From Candidatus Marinacidobacterales bacterium (GTDB lineage: Bacteria; Acidobacteriota; Vicinamibacteria; Marinacidobacterales; SMYC01): 64,000 nt of DNA. The DNA lies in contig CBDCYI010000011.1 in the NCBI GenBank assembly GCA_965224085.1, forward strand, positions 608,001 to 672,000. The letters are read 5' to 3'. Both the position numbers and the translations under genes were made by a program. This document shows positions 42,052 through 53,214 of this stretch, piece by piece. The notes under the pieces are model-generated. The model ran no database searches, had not been told where the DNA came from, and saw only the letters and a program-made list of their open reading frames with translations. Each line of letters starts with the position of its first letter. The first letter of the stretch is position 1.

Positions 42052-42777
42052 ATGCGATACACAATCTTTTTAATCACCATTGCTGCCCTGGTGTGCTGCC
42101 AACTGGCCGAAGAAGCCGGCGAGCCCGCGGCTACCGAAGAGATGCCAGCGGACTCCCCTTCAGCAACGGAGCCGATGGACGCGACCGCGGTGGCGCCGGA
42201 TCACTACAAAGTCGAGTTCGAAAACGATCATGTGCGGGTGCTGCGAATCACCTACGCGGCCGGCGACGAGACGCCCCTGCACTCGCATCCAGATGGAGTC
42301 GTGGTCTTTCTGCAAGACGCCGACGCCGAGATGACGCTCCCGGACGGCACAACGCAGGCACGACCGGGAAAAGCCGGTGATGTTCTCTGGGCCGGCCAGG
42401 AGACGCACGGTGTCAAAGCTATCTCGGACATCGCGGTCGTCTTGGTAGAGCTCAAGGATGGCGGGGGCGACGTCGGCATGGCCGATCCCGACGCGGCCGA
42501 GGTGGCGCCGGATCACTACAAAGTCGAGCTCGACAACGATCATGTGCGGGTGCTGCGAATCACCTACGCGGCCGGCGACGAATCGGCCATGCACGCGCAT
42601 CCGGACGGAGTCGTGGTCGTCCTCCAAGATGGCAACGGCGAGATGACGTTAGCTGACGGTACGAAGCAAGAACGGCCAGGACAGGCGGGTGACGTTCGCT
42701 GGGCCGGCCACGAATCGCACGGCGTCAAAGCTCTCACCGATGTCGCAGTCGTCCTGGTAGAGCTCAAGGGCAGCTAA
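42052..42777 (+). CDS. Secreted tandem cupin-domain protein
   Basis: Two near-identical repeats VAPDHYKVE.NDHVRVLRITYAAGDE..HxHPD. Confidence 0.8.
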   Translation: MRYTIFLITIAALVCCQLAEEAGEPAATEEMPADSPSATEPMDATAVAPDHYKVEFENDHVRVLRITYAAGDETPLHSHPDGVVVFLQDADAEMTLPDGTTQARPGKAGDVLWAGQETHGVKAISDIAVVLVELKDGGGDVGMADPDAAEVAPDHYKVELDNDHVRVLRITYAAGDESAMHAHPDGVVVVLQDGNGEMTLADGTKQERPGQAGDVRWAGHESHGVKALTDVAVVLVELKGS

Positions 42778-42790
42778 TCCCGGCCTCGCG

Positions 42791-42890
42791 TCAGCTCCCG
42801 GTCACGGCTTGCAGCACCCGCAGGAAGTTCTCGCCGAGAATTTTATCGATGTCGGCTTCGCTGTGGCCCCGCCCGATCAGGACTTCCGGA
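42791..42890 (-). pseudogene. Membrane dipeptidase (M19) C-terminal fragment
   Basis: RGHSEADIDKILGENFLRVL. Confidence 0.55.
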
Positions 42891-43086
42891 CCCGAGTGGT
42901 GGTCCGGCTGAGTTGGCCGGTAGCCACGGCGATCCAGAAAATGATTGGCAGGAGAAGCGGGAGGGTGAAAGAGGTGATCGTCCACGGAAAACGCCACATT
43001 GGGATGTAGAAAAACCCAACTCCGACGAAGAAGTGCGTCACGCCGATCCCGATGCGAACCCACGCTCGCTCGCTGCCGCTGCTTCA

Positions 43087-44064
43087 TTACGCCGCCCCGG
43101 TGTTCCGCGCCATCGACGCGGCGCCCTCTCGCCACCGGTCCACGAGGTCCGTGACCGCGTTCGGCCAAGTCGGAAATTCGAACGGGAACCCCTCGTCGCG
43201 CAGACGCGAAGGAATCACGCGCCGACTCTTGAGGATCAGCTCGCTATCCGTCCGAAGGAAAAATGCACCGAGCTCGACCATCCACTTCGTCGCCGGCAAC
43301 CCGACGGGAGCGCCCCACGCGCGGCGCATCGCTGCCATGAAGTCGCGTTGCGGAAGCGGGTTCGGCGACGCGAGATTGACGGCACCATCGAGCTCCGTCT
43401 TCTCGAGGAGGAACTCGACAGCGCGCACGAAATCGTCGCCGTGGATCCATGAAACGAATTGGCCTCCGCCGGCAATCGCGCCACCGAGACCTAAACGCGT
43501 CAGCCGCGACAGGACATCGAAGATGCCACCGTGAACGGCGCTCATCACCATCGCCGTCCGGAGGGCGACCTTCCGAGTCTCAGGCGTCGCGGCATAGCGT
43601 TGCGCGCGCTCCCATGCGCGAGCGATGTCGACGCTGAACCTCCAATAGTCCGGCGCGTCCGGCTCATCGCCGCCGAGGAGCCCGCTCGCCTCATCATTGG
43701 CCGCGTCGAAGCGGTGCCCGTATATCGTGGCCGTGCTCATCTGGAGCCAGACGCGTGGAGGCCGGCTGGCTCTTTCGATCGCCTCGCCCACAGCCCGCGT
43801 CGAATCCACACGTGACGCCATCATCTGCAGCAAGTTGGTCTTGTTGTATCGACAGTCGACGCTTCGCCCGGCGAGGTTGATGACGGCATCGGCGCCGTCG
43901 ATCTCGCCTGCCCATTCGCCGACGGTGCGACCGTCCCACCCCACCACGCCGGCAGAAGCGTTCGCAACGCGACTGAGCACCACGACCCCATGACCCCGAT
44001 CGCGTAAGGCTGGGACCAATATCCTACCAATATGTCCTGTGCCCCCTGGTATGACCACTTTCAC
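43087..44064 (-). CDS. TIGR01777/YfcH-like NAD-dependent epimerase (DUF1731)
   Basis: GGTGHIG, VINLAG, SWIHGDD, KSRRVIP. Confidence 0.88.
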   Translation of the reverse strand: MKVVIPGGTGHIGRILVPALRDRGHGVVVLSRVANASAGVVGWDGRTVGEWAGEIDGADAVINLAGRSVDCRYNKTNLLQMMASRVDSTRAVGEAIERASRPPRVWLQMSTATIYGHRFDAANDEASGLLGGDEPDAPDYWRFSVDIARAWERAQRYAATPETRKVALRTAMVMSAVHGGIFDVLSRLTRLGLGGAIAGGGQFVSWIHGDDFVRAVEFLLEKTELDGAVNLASPNPLPQRDFMAAMRRAWGAPVGLPATKWMVELGAFFLRTDSELILKSRRVIPSRLRDEGFPFEFPTWPNAVTDLVDRWREGAASMARNTGAA

Positions 44065-44123
44065 GGTTCGACCTCCATCGGTCTTGTTTGGCGGGGGTTA
44101 GCCTGGTATAAATAAGTATAAAC

Positions 44124-44849
44124 ATGTTTACTAAAAAAAGTAAAGTGGCTCCTGAGCCTCGGAAGCGCGGTAGGCCGCGGGGCCGTTCCGCCCAGGGTGA
44201 CCAGAGCCGGCGCCGCCTCTACCTCACGGCGATGAAAATGTTTTCGCAGCGGGGCTACGAGGCGACCACCCTTCGGGAAATCGCTCGCGTGGCCAGCGTC
44301 AGCCCTGGGCTTCTATACCGCTACTTCCCAAGCAAACGCGCCGTGGTCTTGGAGCTCTACGAGACGCTGTCGGCCGAGTATGCGGGACGGGCTCTCGAGA
44401 TGCCCGAGGGCAAGTGGCGCGACAGGTTTCGTTTCGCGCTCGACACGAGCCTCGAGGTGCTCGGCCCGCATCGAACGACGCTCGTGGCTCTCGTCCCCGT
44501 CCTCGTCGGAGACCTCGATGACGGCGTGTTCTCCGACAAAATGACTTTCTCCCGCCAACGCGTACAACGGGCTTTCACGGATGCCGTAGGCGCCGCGAAC
44601 GACGCCCCGTCAGCGGATATCGCGGCAGCGCTCGGTGGACTGCTCTACCTGATTCATCTCGCCATCATCCTCTGGTGGTTGCTCGACAAGAGTCCTGGGC
44701 AGCGCGCCACGGCCGGGCTCATCCGATTGGTCGGTCAAACTCTACCTCTCGCCGCAATGACGCTGAGGCTCCCGTCGGCGCGCTCGTGGGTGCTATCCGC
44801 GGAGGCGTTGGCGAGCGACGCGCTGCTCCACGAGGGACGCGACCTATAG
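44124..44849 (+). CDS. TetR family regulator
   Basis: GYEATTLREIARVASVSPGLLYRYFPSK. Confidence 0.9.
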   Translation: MFTKKSKVAPEPRKRGRPRGRSAQGDQSRRRLYLTAMKMFSQRGYEATTLREIARVASVSPGLLYRYFPSKRAVVLELYETLSAEYAGRALEMPEGKWRDRFRFALDTSLEVLGPHRTTLVALVPVLVGDLDDGVFSDKMTFSRQRVQRAFTDAVGAANDAPSADIAAALGGLLYLIHLAIILWWLLDKSPGQRATAGLIRLVGQTLPLAAMTLRLPSARSWVLSAEALASDALLHEGRDL

Positions 44850-45075
44850 AAAACACGGGTTGTGCCACGAGCTCCCATCCGCAATACGCTTCGTGGAGGT
44901 ACTGTCGAGTTGAGGGAGTCAAGCCCGATTCGACCCCAAGATACCGACGACGGCGCGTTTTCGAGTCCCACGATATTGTGGCGCGATTCGCGAACTCGAC
45001 AGTACCGCTGAACCGGCTCGTCCGGCCCGTTAACGAACTAGCTTTCCGTCTCACAGAATTTGAACGGTACATCCC

Positions 45076-45106
45076 TTGACGCGTATATGCGGTTATTGGT
45101 ATATAC
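45076..45106 (+). promoter_or_regulatory. sigma70-like promoter overlapping a palindromic ArsR operator
   Basis: TTGACG...GTATATgcggttattggtATATAC directly upstream of the ArsR gene. Confidence 0.5.
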
Positions 45107-45111
45107 AAGTC

Positions 45112-45462
45112 ATGGAAACCGTTTTCAACGTGCTCGCCGAGCCCAACCGCCGGGAGATTCTGCGATTGCTCGTCGAGCGTGACCACTCCGTCGGCGAGCT
45201 CGAATCACAGCTCGATCGTCCCCAACCGACGATCTCCAAACACCTCCGCGTTCTGCGCGACGCGGGGCTCGTCGAATCGCGCACCGAAGCACAAAAACGC
45301 GTCTATCGACTTCGACCCGAGCCGCTTCAAGAGCTGAACGAATGGCTCGAGCCGTTCCGTCGCTTTTGGGCGGAGCATTTGGACGCGCTCGAGCGCCACC
45401 TCGATCGCATGCCGGATGTGCCCCAGAAGACTCAGAGGAAAAAGAAAGGACGCAAGCGATGA
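45112..45462 (+). CDS. ArsR/SmtB family regulator (followed by a truncated SRPBCC start at 45459)
   Basis: LAEPNRREIL, QPTISKHLRVLRDAGLV. Confidence 0.9.
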   Translation: METVFNVLAEPNRREILRLLVERDHSVGELESQLDRPQPTISKHLRVLRDAGLVESRTEAQKRVYRLRPEPLQELNEWLEPFRRFWAEHLDALERHLDRMPDVPQKTQRKKKGRKR

Positions 45463-45578
45463 AGCCCAAATACCAACCGGGCGGTGCGGGCGACGCCGAG
45501 GTGCGAACGGATGGCGGTCGATCGACGTTGGTCGCTTCTAAGGATAGACATTTAATTAAAAGGATAGTCGGTAGATAC

Positions 45579-47280
45579 CTATAGGTACGCGGCTCGGCTG
45601 CCAGCGCCTCTTCTCTTTCCGTCCCGATCCACCCAGACGAGCGTGCGGCTCTCTAGGCCGCGGCCCGAGACATAGACCAGAGACCCGGTGTCCGAGACGC
45701 TGAACTGTGCGGCCCCCGTTGTCGAACCAGCGGTCATGGCGCCCTCGGCCATGGGTCTGGGACCGCCCGTCACCTCGAGCGTGTCCACATCAAACGGCAC
45801 CGCCAAAAGCGTTCGACCCAAGTCACGAGCGTCGCCCCTCGATACAACGTAGACGAGGTGCCCCGTGGGAACGTAGCGGGCGTCTCTACCGCCTTCGATC
45901 AGAACCTTTCTCTCGTCGGTCTCGAGAGAATGCACCACGATCTGCGCGTCCTCCCAGTTCGCACCGTCCCCGAGCGTAAAGAGCAGGGTTTTTTCGCCCG
46001 GCAAGACCTGGGGGCCATGGCCAACCTTTTCGGTTCCCTCCAGCGGGATGAGAACCTCGGGCGTGCCTCCATCGGCGGACACGTGCATGATGCCCTCCGG
46101 TTGTCCGAAAACAATGGTGTCATCGGCTTCCCACCGAGCGCCCCACAAAGCTGTAGCTTCACATAGACGCACGGGTGCACCACCACGGATGGCGACCTTC
46201 TTGAGTTGGCCGTTTGTATAGAATCCTACCCACTCCCCGTCGGGAGAGAAAAAGGGACTTCGGGCACCGCCATCAGTGCCCCGGACGGGAGTCGCCTCCG
46301 TTTGGTCCATGGCGCGGAGGTAGAGCTGATTGTTCGCACTATAAACGAAGCGGGTACCGTCCGAAGAGAGAGCCACGACGTGACGATCCGTATATGACAG
46401 TGAGTCGCCCGAGGGCAACGGAAGCGAAGACCGTACGACGGGTCGTGGCGGTGGCTCGCGATACATTACGCTCCAAACCTGTTTCGGATATTTTTCCAAG
46501 CAGCGGGTGAGAAACATGCGAAGCGTGGGATCGAGATCCGCCGGTAACGCATCCCAGTCCGGCTCCTTCGTCAACACGTACGCGAGTGTGTCGGATACAT
46601 CCTCGCCCGCAAACGCACGCTTGCCCGTGAGCATCTTATACAGCACGACACCGAACGCCCAAACATCCGCCCTCTTATCGACCCGCTTGCCCTTTGCTTG
46701 TTCGGGGCTCATATACGCGGCGGTCCCAAGAATCACTCCAACTCGAGTCGCATCTCGTGTGAGTGTGGGTGACGTCGAGCTGTCGGCGTCAGCTGTTCCC
46801 TCCTGAAAGACTTTCGCCAAACCGTAGTCCAAAACCTTGATCTTGCGGTCCTCGGTCTGCTTTACGTTCGCGGGTTTTAGATCACGGTGAACGATCCCTC
46901 GTTCGTGCGCTTCCTCTAGCGCTTCGGCGATCTTGGTTGCGATGTCGAGAGCCTCTTCCAATGGGATGGGTCCTCGTAAGATCCGCTCCGCCAGAGTCTC
47001 TCCAGGAACGAGTTCGAGGACGAGGTAGTGCGTGTCGTCCGAGTGCTCTAGGCCGTAGATCGAGGCGATGTTCGGGTGGTTCAGCGAGGCAAGGATCTTC
47101 GCTTCTCGCTTGAATCGGGCTAGGCGTTGTTCGTTCTCGGCGAACTCGTCAGGCAAGACCTTGATCGCCACATCCCTACCAAGCTTCCCATCTCTTGCGC
47201 GATAGACCTCACCCTGTACGCTTGCCGATGGGCTCGAGGATCTCGTAATGGGCGAGGCGCGTTCCGGCGGCGAGTGATAT
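45579..47280 (-). pseudogene. Hanks-type Ser/Thr kinase with TolB/PD40 repeats; start ATA, frameshift in the Gly loop, internal deletion
   Basis: LAAGTRLAHYEI, GEVYRA, VAIK, HRDLKPAN, DYGLAK, GTAAYMSPEQ, FSPDG repeats. Confidence 0.88.
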
Positions 47281-47643
47281 CGAGAGAACGTAGCGGTTCG
47301 ACGGGGAAGTTGCAAGCCGTCACTGCTCCTTCGTAGCTCTGGGCGTAAAAAACCCTGCTGACCCTGAACTGACCCCGTGCTGGTGGCGCGCAGGGTCACA
47401 CCTGGCACTTAGACGCGCTGATAAACGCCGCAAGTTGTCGATTCTGTGACAAGAGTGATCCTGTGTGACACTATTTCCCAACCGCGTGACGACTGAATAT
47501 CTTCGCACATTTCTCGGACAGGGGGTGCGAAAAGTAGCTCTAGACGCGGCGATTCCTTCGCACACAGCTTTGCGAGGCCGGTGGTCCGCGAGTTGCGTCG
47601 CCCTAATCATCCGGGCGAGGTGGTAAACGTGGGCCGCTCTTTT

Positions 47644-48273
47644 CTACGGCGAGCGCATGCGCCGGATGCGTTCACAGCGACACCGGCGCTGAGCGAAGCC
47701 CAACAGCATGATCGCGCTCAATGAGAGCGTCGATGGCTCTGGCATCGTGGCGACGGGCGCGCGGCTTCCTTCGAGCCGAAACGCGGCGTCCTGGTCGGCG
47801 AACTGAAAGAACGTACCGTTTTGTCCGGACGCGTTGTCCGAATAGAGAATTCCGTCGGCGTAGCTGCCATTCAGCTCCCCGGCAAGCAGCCCCGCCTGAC
47901 TCGCGTAGGCGAAGTACTGCGTGTTCGGGTTCAAGATCACAAGCGGGTCGAACACATACTGGCCGGCGGCGATCCCCGTTGAATGACCTACGAACCCGAG
48001 GGTCGCAGCGCTCAGAGCAGCCGGCGTGCCAAGATATTCCTGATCCAAAAGCGTGAGCGTTCCAAACGCTGTTGGCATCGTAGTCGCGATATCGGAAAAC
48101 CAGTTGAACCTCAATTGGTTCCACCCCTACGGGCCCGGGGTCAGGAACGACTGCCCGGGAATGAACAGATTCTGCTGAAACACGGCCGATGGATGTTCGA
48201 CGATCACGACCGCGACGCTGTCTCTCGCGCCCAGCGCGCACGCGCCAATCACGACGAACTGAGCTATCTTCAT
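47644..48273 (-). pseudogene. PEP-CTERM protein with an in-frame stop near 48129
   Basis: Signal peptide; C-terminal MPEPSTL, TM segment and Arg cluster. Confidence 0.65.
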
Positions 48274-48599
48274 CGAAGAACGCATCGATCGTCCCCCTTC
48301 CCCGCGAGCAAGAAATCAAGCAAATACTATGCCGGTGACATAAGCTATTGGTTCAAAAAGAGTTCGTTCCTAACACCAATCGGTGCGACGACGCCAATGT
48401 GTAAGTTTTTCCGACACCGCGCGCGGTCGATCTCCGGCGTAAACTCTTGTCCTAGAGGCGTTACGTCGACCCAATCCACGCGGCACCTGTGTTGGCAGAG
48501 CTTACAACTTCGAAACCGCCCGCTCTTCTTGCTCCTCACTGGGAGGACCGCTTCGAAAAAGCTTTATGGGTATTGGCGCGGGTTCGTCGACAACGTGGT

Positions 48600-49092
48600 A
48601 CTACGCTACCTTGACTGCGGGGTTCCAGAGGGAGGGGACCGGTGAAGCACGGCCGTTTCGCGATTCTGCCGCTACCGAGGGTGGGGCTCAGTTCTCACCA
48701 GATGGCCGCCTCCTGAGTTACGTGTCGGATGCGTCCGGCCAACGCGAGGTCTACGTCGCCGCCTACCCCGGACCCGGTGCGCTGTGGCAAGTCTCCACCG
48801 ATGGTGGAACGCAACCGGTCTGGAATCCTCGAGGCGGCGAGCTCTTCTACCGCGTGGACTTCCGGATGATGAGCGTGAAGGTCGGTGACTCTCCGGAGAC
48901 GACTCGAGGCCCGAGGTCGTGTTCGAGGGGGACTATTCGTACGGAGGAGCGCGCACGTTGCCCAGCTACGACGTTGCGGCCGACGGAGAACGATTCCTCA
49001 TGGTCAAGGACCTGTCCGCGAGTCGCGGGAACGTCCGTGTGGTGATCAACTGGTTTGAGGAGCTAAGGCGTCTCGTTCCAGCCGACCATTGA
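48600..49092 (+). pseudogene. C-terminal fragment of a kinase-TolB protein
   Basis: FSPDGRLLSYVSDASGQREVYV, YDVAADGERFLM, VINWFEEL. Confidence 0.75.
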
Positions 49093-49307
49093 GAGAATGT
49101 TTGTCGGTGGTGGTCAGAAAGGGAGCCAAAGTGGCGGGCCACGGGGACCGGTCCTGGCGCTGGTTAACGGCGGAAAAAAGGGAACCAGCTGCGACAGTGT
49201 CGCGACGTGAGCTAAAGTAGCGGGGCGTCCGCTAGCATAGAGACGCCTCGGAGAGGAACAAGCATTTCCTCTCCGAGACTTGAGCGTTCGGGAGTAAACC
49301 CACTCCC

Positions 49308-49798
49308 TTGGCCCCGCGACAAGATCCCCCAGCCCCAGCCAAAGATCAACCGCGTAGATCTGCGCAGAGCGGTCGAAGTCCGCGCAAGAGAAAGTGTTTG
49401 CTGAAGGGATGCGAGAAGTGGTTCCGCCCGGAGGAGGCGATGGAGCGGTATTGCGGTGAGAGCTGTCGGGAAGCGGCCCGGGCTTGGTCAGTGTTGAAGG
49501 CGCAGCACCGATATCGAAAAACGCAGAAGGGCAAAGAGAAACGTCGCGAGCAAAATCGTCGGCACCGACGACGTCGACAAGAACGACAAGAGGCGCGAAG
49601 TTCGGTTTCGGACGGCGTCGCGAGGGTGATCACCAGAGATTGTGGAGATTTTTTTTGTGTTGGTGTGATCGGCCCGGCTGCTATGAGTGGTTTTGCCGCA
49701 CGCGGCGGTCGCCGCTGCAGCGATTCTGCGCTAGAAGCTGCCGTCGAGCCGTGGAGAGAGTGCAAGAGCGTGAGAAGAAGTGGAAAAAGAGAAAGTAG
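49308..49798 (+). CDS. IS21 accessory Cys-rich basic protein (frame change at the T8 run 49649-49656)
   Basis: CLLKGC..F..YCGESCR, then CDRPGC..F..FCARSCR. Confidence 0.55.
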
Positions 49799-49967
49799 GC
49801 GAGAGAGTGAGTCGCGAAACTTGAAGCGAAGTTCGTCTGGACATATTGCCGAGAGCGAGAAGGGATCCTAAGGTGAGTTTGCCCGAGCAAGAAGAAGAGG
49901 GGATGCAGAGCACTTTGAGCTGTGCGTCCTCTCTTTTTCGATGGGGTTGTTTCTCGGAGCTAAGAAA

Positions 49968-50879
49968 ATGCTTTGCTGGTCGGAGGAAGTTCGCCTCGTT
50001 CCACTGGAAGATATCGGGGGTCACTACGCTCGATACCGTCTGTACTCGCCGGATGCCGAGCGAGCGATGTCGCGCTCGCTTCAGCGCTACGGGCAGCTAT
50101 CTCCTGTGGTGGTATGCGAGCGCTCGGGAAGACACGAGCTCATTGATGGATTCAAACGATTGGGAGCTGCACGCCAACTGGAAAGATTCGACAGACTCGA
50201 AGCTCGACTTCTGGAGGTGGACGAGCGAGGAGCGAAGGCGGCGATCTACGGGCTCAATCACGTTGGCGGTCGTACTCGAGAGCTCGAGGAGGCGTGGATC
50301 GTCCACGCCCTGGTGCGCGAAGACGGACTCACTCAGGTCGAAGTAGCCGAGCTATTGGGACGGCACAAAAGCTGGGTATGCCGTCGTCTGGCGCTCATCG
50401 AGAAACTCTGTGCCGAGGCTCGTGAGGAGCTTCGGGTCGGCTTATTGTCCGCCACCGCGGCGCGGCACTTGGTCCGGTTGCCCGAAGGCAACCAACCCCG
50501 GGTTTTGGAACTCATCCGCCGCGAAGCGCTTTCCACCGAGGAGCTCAGCCGGGTGGTGGACTTGTTGCTTCGCTCGGCCAATGCGACTGAGCAGCAATAC
50601 GTTCTTCACCAACCGCGCGAAGCGCTTTGTCAGTCAGACGGCGTTGAGCTTCCTCATCGGGACCCGAGGCTGAGCGTAGCCGGCAATCTGGTTTTCAAGC
50701 GCCTGGGCGCGCTGCTTGCCATGCTCTCGCGTATGGAGCAGTGGCTCCAGCATCAGGGTCGAAGCGGACTCACCGAGCAAGACCAAGCCTTTTTGTTTCC
50801 TCATTTCGCGAAACTCTCGCAAAGGGCTCAGCTGGTAGCAGGTCTAGCTCAGGATCTTGCCTCGGAGATGGGGCCATGA
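49968..50879 (+). CDS. ParB/Srx N-terminal domain protein with HTH
   Basis: SLQRYGQLSPVVV, LIDGFKRL, LTQVEVAELLGRHKSWVCRRL. Confidence 0.85.
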   Translation: MLCWSEEVRLVPLEDIGGHYARYRLYSPDAERAMSRSLQRYGQLSPVVVCERSGRHELIDGFKRLGAARQLERFDRLEARLLEVDERGAKAAIYGLNHVGGRTRELEEAWIVHALVREDGLTQVEVAELLGRHKSWVCRRLALIEKLCAEAREELRVGLLSATAARHLVRLPEGNQPRVLELIRREALSTEELSRVVDLLLRSANATEQQYVLHQPREALCQSDGVELPHRDPRLSVAGNLVFKRLGALLAMLSRMEQWLQHQGRSGLTEQDQAFLFPHFAKLSQRAQLVAGLAQDLASEMGP

Positions 50880-52397
50880 ACGAGCGAACGCAAAACGAAG
50901 TCATCCGTTTGTTCTACACCAGAACCTCCCAGAGGCGGATCGCCAAGCTAGTCGGCATTAGTCGCAAGAGCGTCGCCAAGATTGTCGAAGCCCACCAGAA
51001 TCAAAGAGCGGGAATATCGGAACCCGCAAAATCAAAACGTCTCAGCTTGCTCGACTCCTTCGACGAAAAGCTCACCGAGCTTATCGAGCGCTATCCTGAT
51101 ATCACCGCCGTGAGACTACACGAGGAGCTGCGGCTTTCGGGCTTCACTGGCGGATACACCATCGTCAAAGAAAGACTCCGGCAGTTGCGCCCGAAGTCTC
51201 TCAAGCCCTTCGTCGAGCGTTTCGAAACCGGCCCGGGACTCCAGGCCCAGATGGACTACTCCATGTACCGCATCGACTTCACCGCCGAGGGGGCCCCGTA
51301 AGGTCTACGCATTCGGTTTGATCCTTGCCTTCTCTCGCCGTCAGTTCCTGCGCTTCGTGCAAAGCCAAGACCTACCCACCACCCTCAGAGAGCACCAGCG
51401 TGCCTTTGACTACTTTCAGGGAGTGCCCGCCACCTGCCTATACGACAACATGAAGGTGGTAGTGAGCGGTTTCGATGGCTCCCAACCCGTGTTCAATACC
51501 CGCTTTCTGGCCTTCGCTACCCACTACGGTTTTCAGCCACTTTTGTGTCGCCCCGCTCGGCCTCAAACCAAAGGCAAGGTCGAGAGACCCTTTCACTTCA
51601 TCGATAAAAATATCCTCAATGCACGTCGCTTCTCAGACTTGAACCATCTCAATGACGTCGCCGAACAATGGCTTGCCGAGGTCAGCGACAAGAGAGTTCA
51701 CCGTACCACCGGACAACCCCCCATCGACCGGTTTCAACAAGAACGCTCTCACCTGTTGGCTCTTCCCCACAAACCCTTCGATACCGCTGAAGTCCTCTAC
51801 CGCACCGTGGACGCCGAGGGATACGTCGCCTACCTGCAGAACTTCTACTCTGTTCCCTGGCAACGCACCGGCGAGTTTGTTCCGGTGCGAATCACCGACA
51901 ACGAGCTCGTCGTCTACGCTCCCAATATCAAGGAGATCGCGCGCCACAAACTCTTCGCTCGGTCGGTCTCGGACGAAAAAGCCACAGAGCAAAGCCATCG
52001 ATCCCCGCACTCGCTCAAGCAGCGCATCGAAGTACTCCGAAAACGCTTTGCCGAGTTCGGTGCCCTCGGAGAACGCTTTTTCGACGAACTGCTCCGCAAT
52101 CGGCGATTCGGCAAAGATGAAGCTCTCCGAATCCTCGCCCTTCACGCCTTTTATCGCTTCGACGACCTCAAGACTGCACTGGAGAGGGCCACTCGATACC
52201 GTGCCTTTTCCCGTTCTGCCATCGAGCGCATCCTCGCGGCTCAGGCTCAGCCCAAAACCACTTTCGAGTCTTTGAGTGAAACTGCACGACAAAGCCTCGA
52301 CGAGCTTCTGCGAAAACCCGCCGTGTCACCGCGGCCCGCATCCGAGTACCAACAACTGCTTGACGGATCTAAAACCGATGACGACGAACCACAATAA
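50876..52397 (+). CDS. istA: IS21 transposase IstA (frameshift near 51295)
   Basis: RFETGPGLQAQMD, LYDNMK, PQTKGKVERP. Confidence 0.9.
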
Positions 52398-53214
52398 ATC
52401 CAAGAGCCCCGATGAGCTCCGCGAGCGTTGTCTTGCTCACTTTGCCACCTTGAACATCCCCTTGCGCTCAGCTCAGCTCGACCAAGCCCTCGAAAAAGCT
52501 GACCACGATGCACTCTCTCACCTTGCTTTTCTCGAAAATCTCATCGGACACCAGGTCGACCAACGCCGTGAACGCTCCACCGAGCGACGCATTCGCCAAG
52601 TCAGATTCCAAGAACGAAAAACTCTCGAGACTTTCGACTGGAAGTTCAATCCAAAGGCTTTCGACAAATTACAGATCGAACAGCTCGCCTCCGCCGATTT
52701 CATTCGCCGACGCGCTAACTTGATTTTCGTCGGTCAATCCGGGGTGGGTAAATCTCACATCATGCAGGCCATCGGCATCAGGGCTTGCGCCCTGGGCTTT
52801 CGTCCCCTTGACCGAACCTCCGCCGATCTCATCGCCGATCTTACCGCCTCGCTCGCCGACAAAACTCTTCCTCAAAAACTCCGCCGATATAAAAGCCCCG
52901 ACCTGCTCATCATCGACGAGTTCGGCTTCGACAGAATCGAACGCTCCGAATGCCCCGAAGCCGCACATCTCCTCTACAAGATCATCGCTGCCCGACATCA
53001 GTACCGTTCCACCGCCCTCGTTACCAACGTCGACTTCGAAAAGTGGGCCGACTATCTCGCCGACGGACCCCTCGCCATGGCCTTTCTCGACATACTCGTT
53101 GAGGGCGCCATCATCCTCAAAATCAACGGCAAGTCCTTCCGCGCTCGGAGATCTCATACCGCCCACGCTAAAGACACTTCTTCTGACTCTCCTCGTTCCA
53201 CCACGCAACCGTAA
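52378..53214 (+). CDS. istB: IS21 ATPase IstB
   Basis: Walker A GQSGVGKS, Walker B LLIIDE, GKSFR. Confidence 0.92.
   Translation: MTTNHNKSKSPDELRERCLAHFATLNIPLRSAQLDQALEKADHDALSHLAFLENLIGHQVDQRRERSTERRIRQVRFQERKTLETFDWKFNPKAFDKLQIEQLASADFIRRRANLIFVGQSGVGKSHIMQAIGIRACALGFRPLDRTSADLIADLTASLADKTLPQKLRRYKSPDLLIIDEFGFDRIERSECPEAAHLLYKIIAARHQYRSTALVTNVDFEKWADYLADGPLAMAFLDILVEGAIILKINGKSFRARRSHTAHAKDTSSDSPRSTTQP

Noticed and set aside
44916-44926. GAGTCAAGCCC match to the IS256 right IR
   Set aside because: Only 11 nt, far from the element and not positioned to pair with its right end; could be chance
45538-45585. AT-rich 45-bp patch between truncated genes
   Set aside because: Possibly an element scar, but no matching end was found in the window
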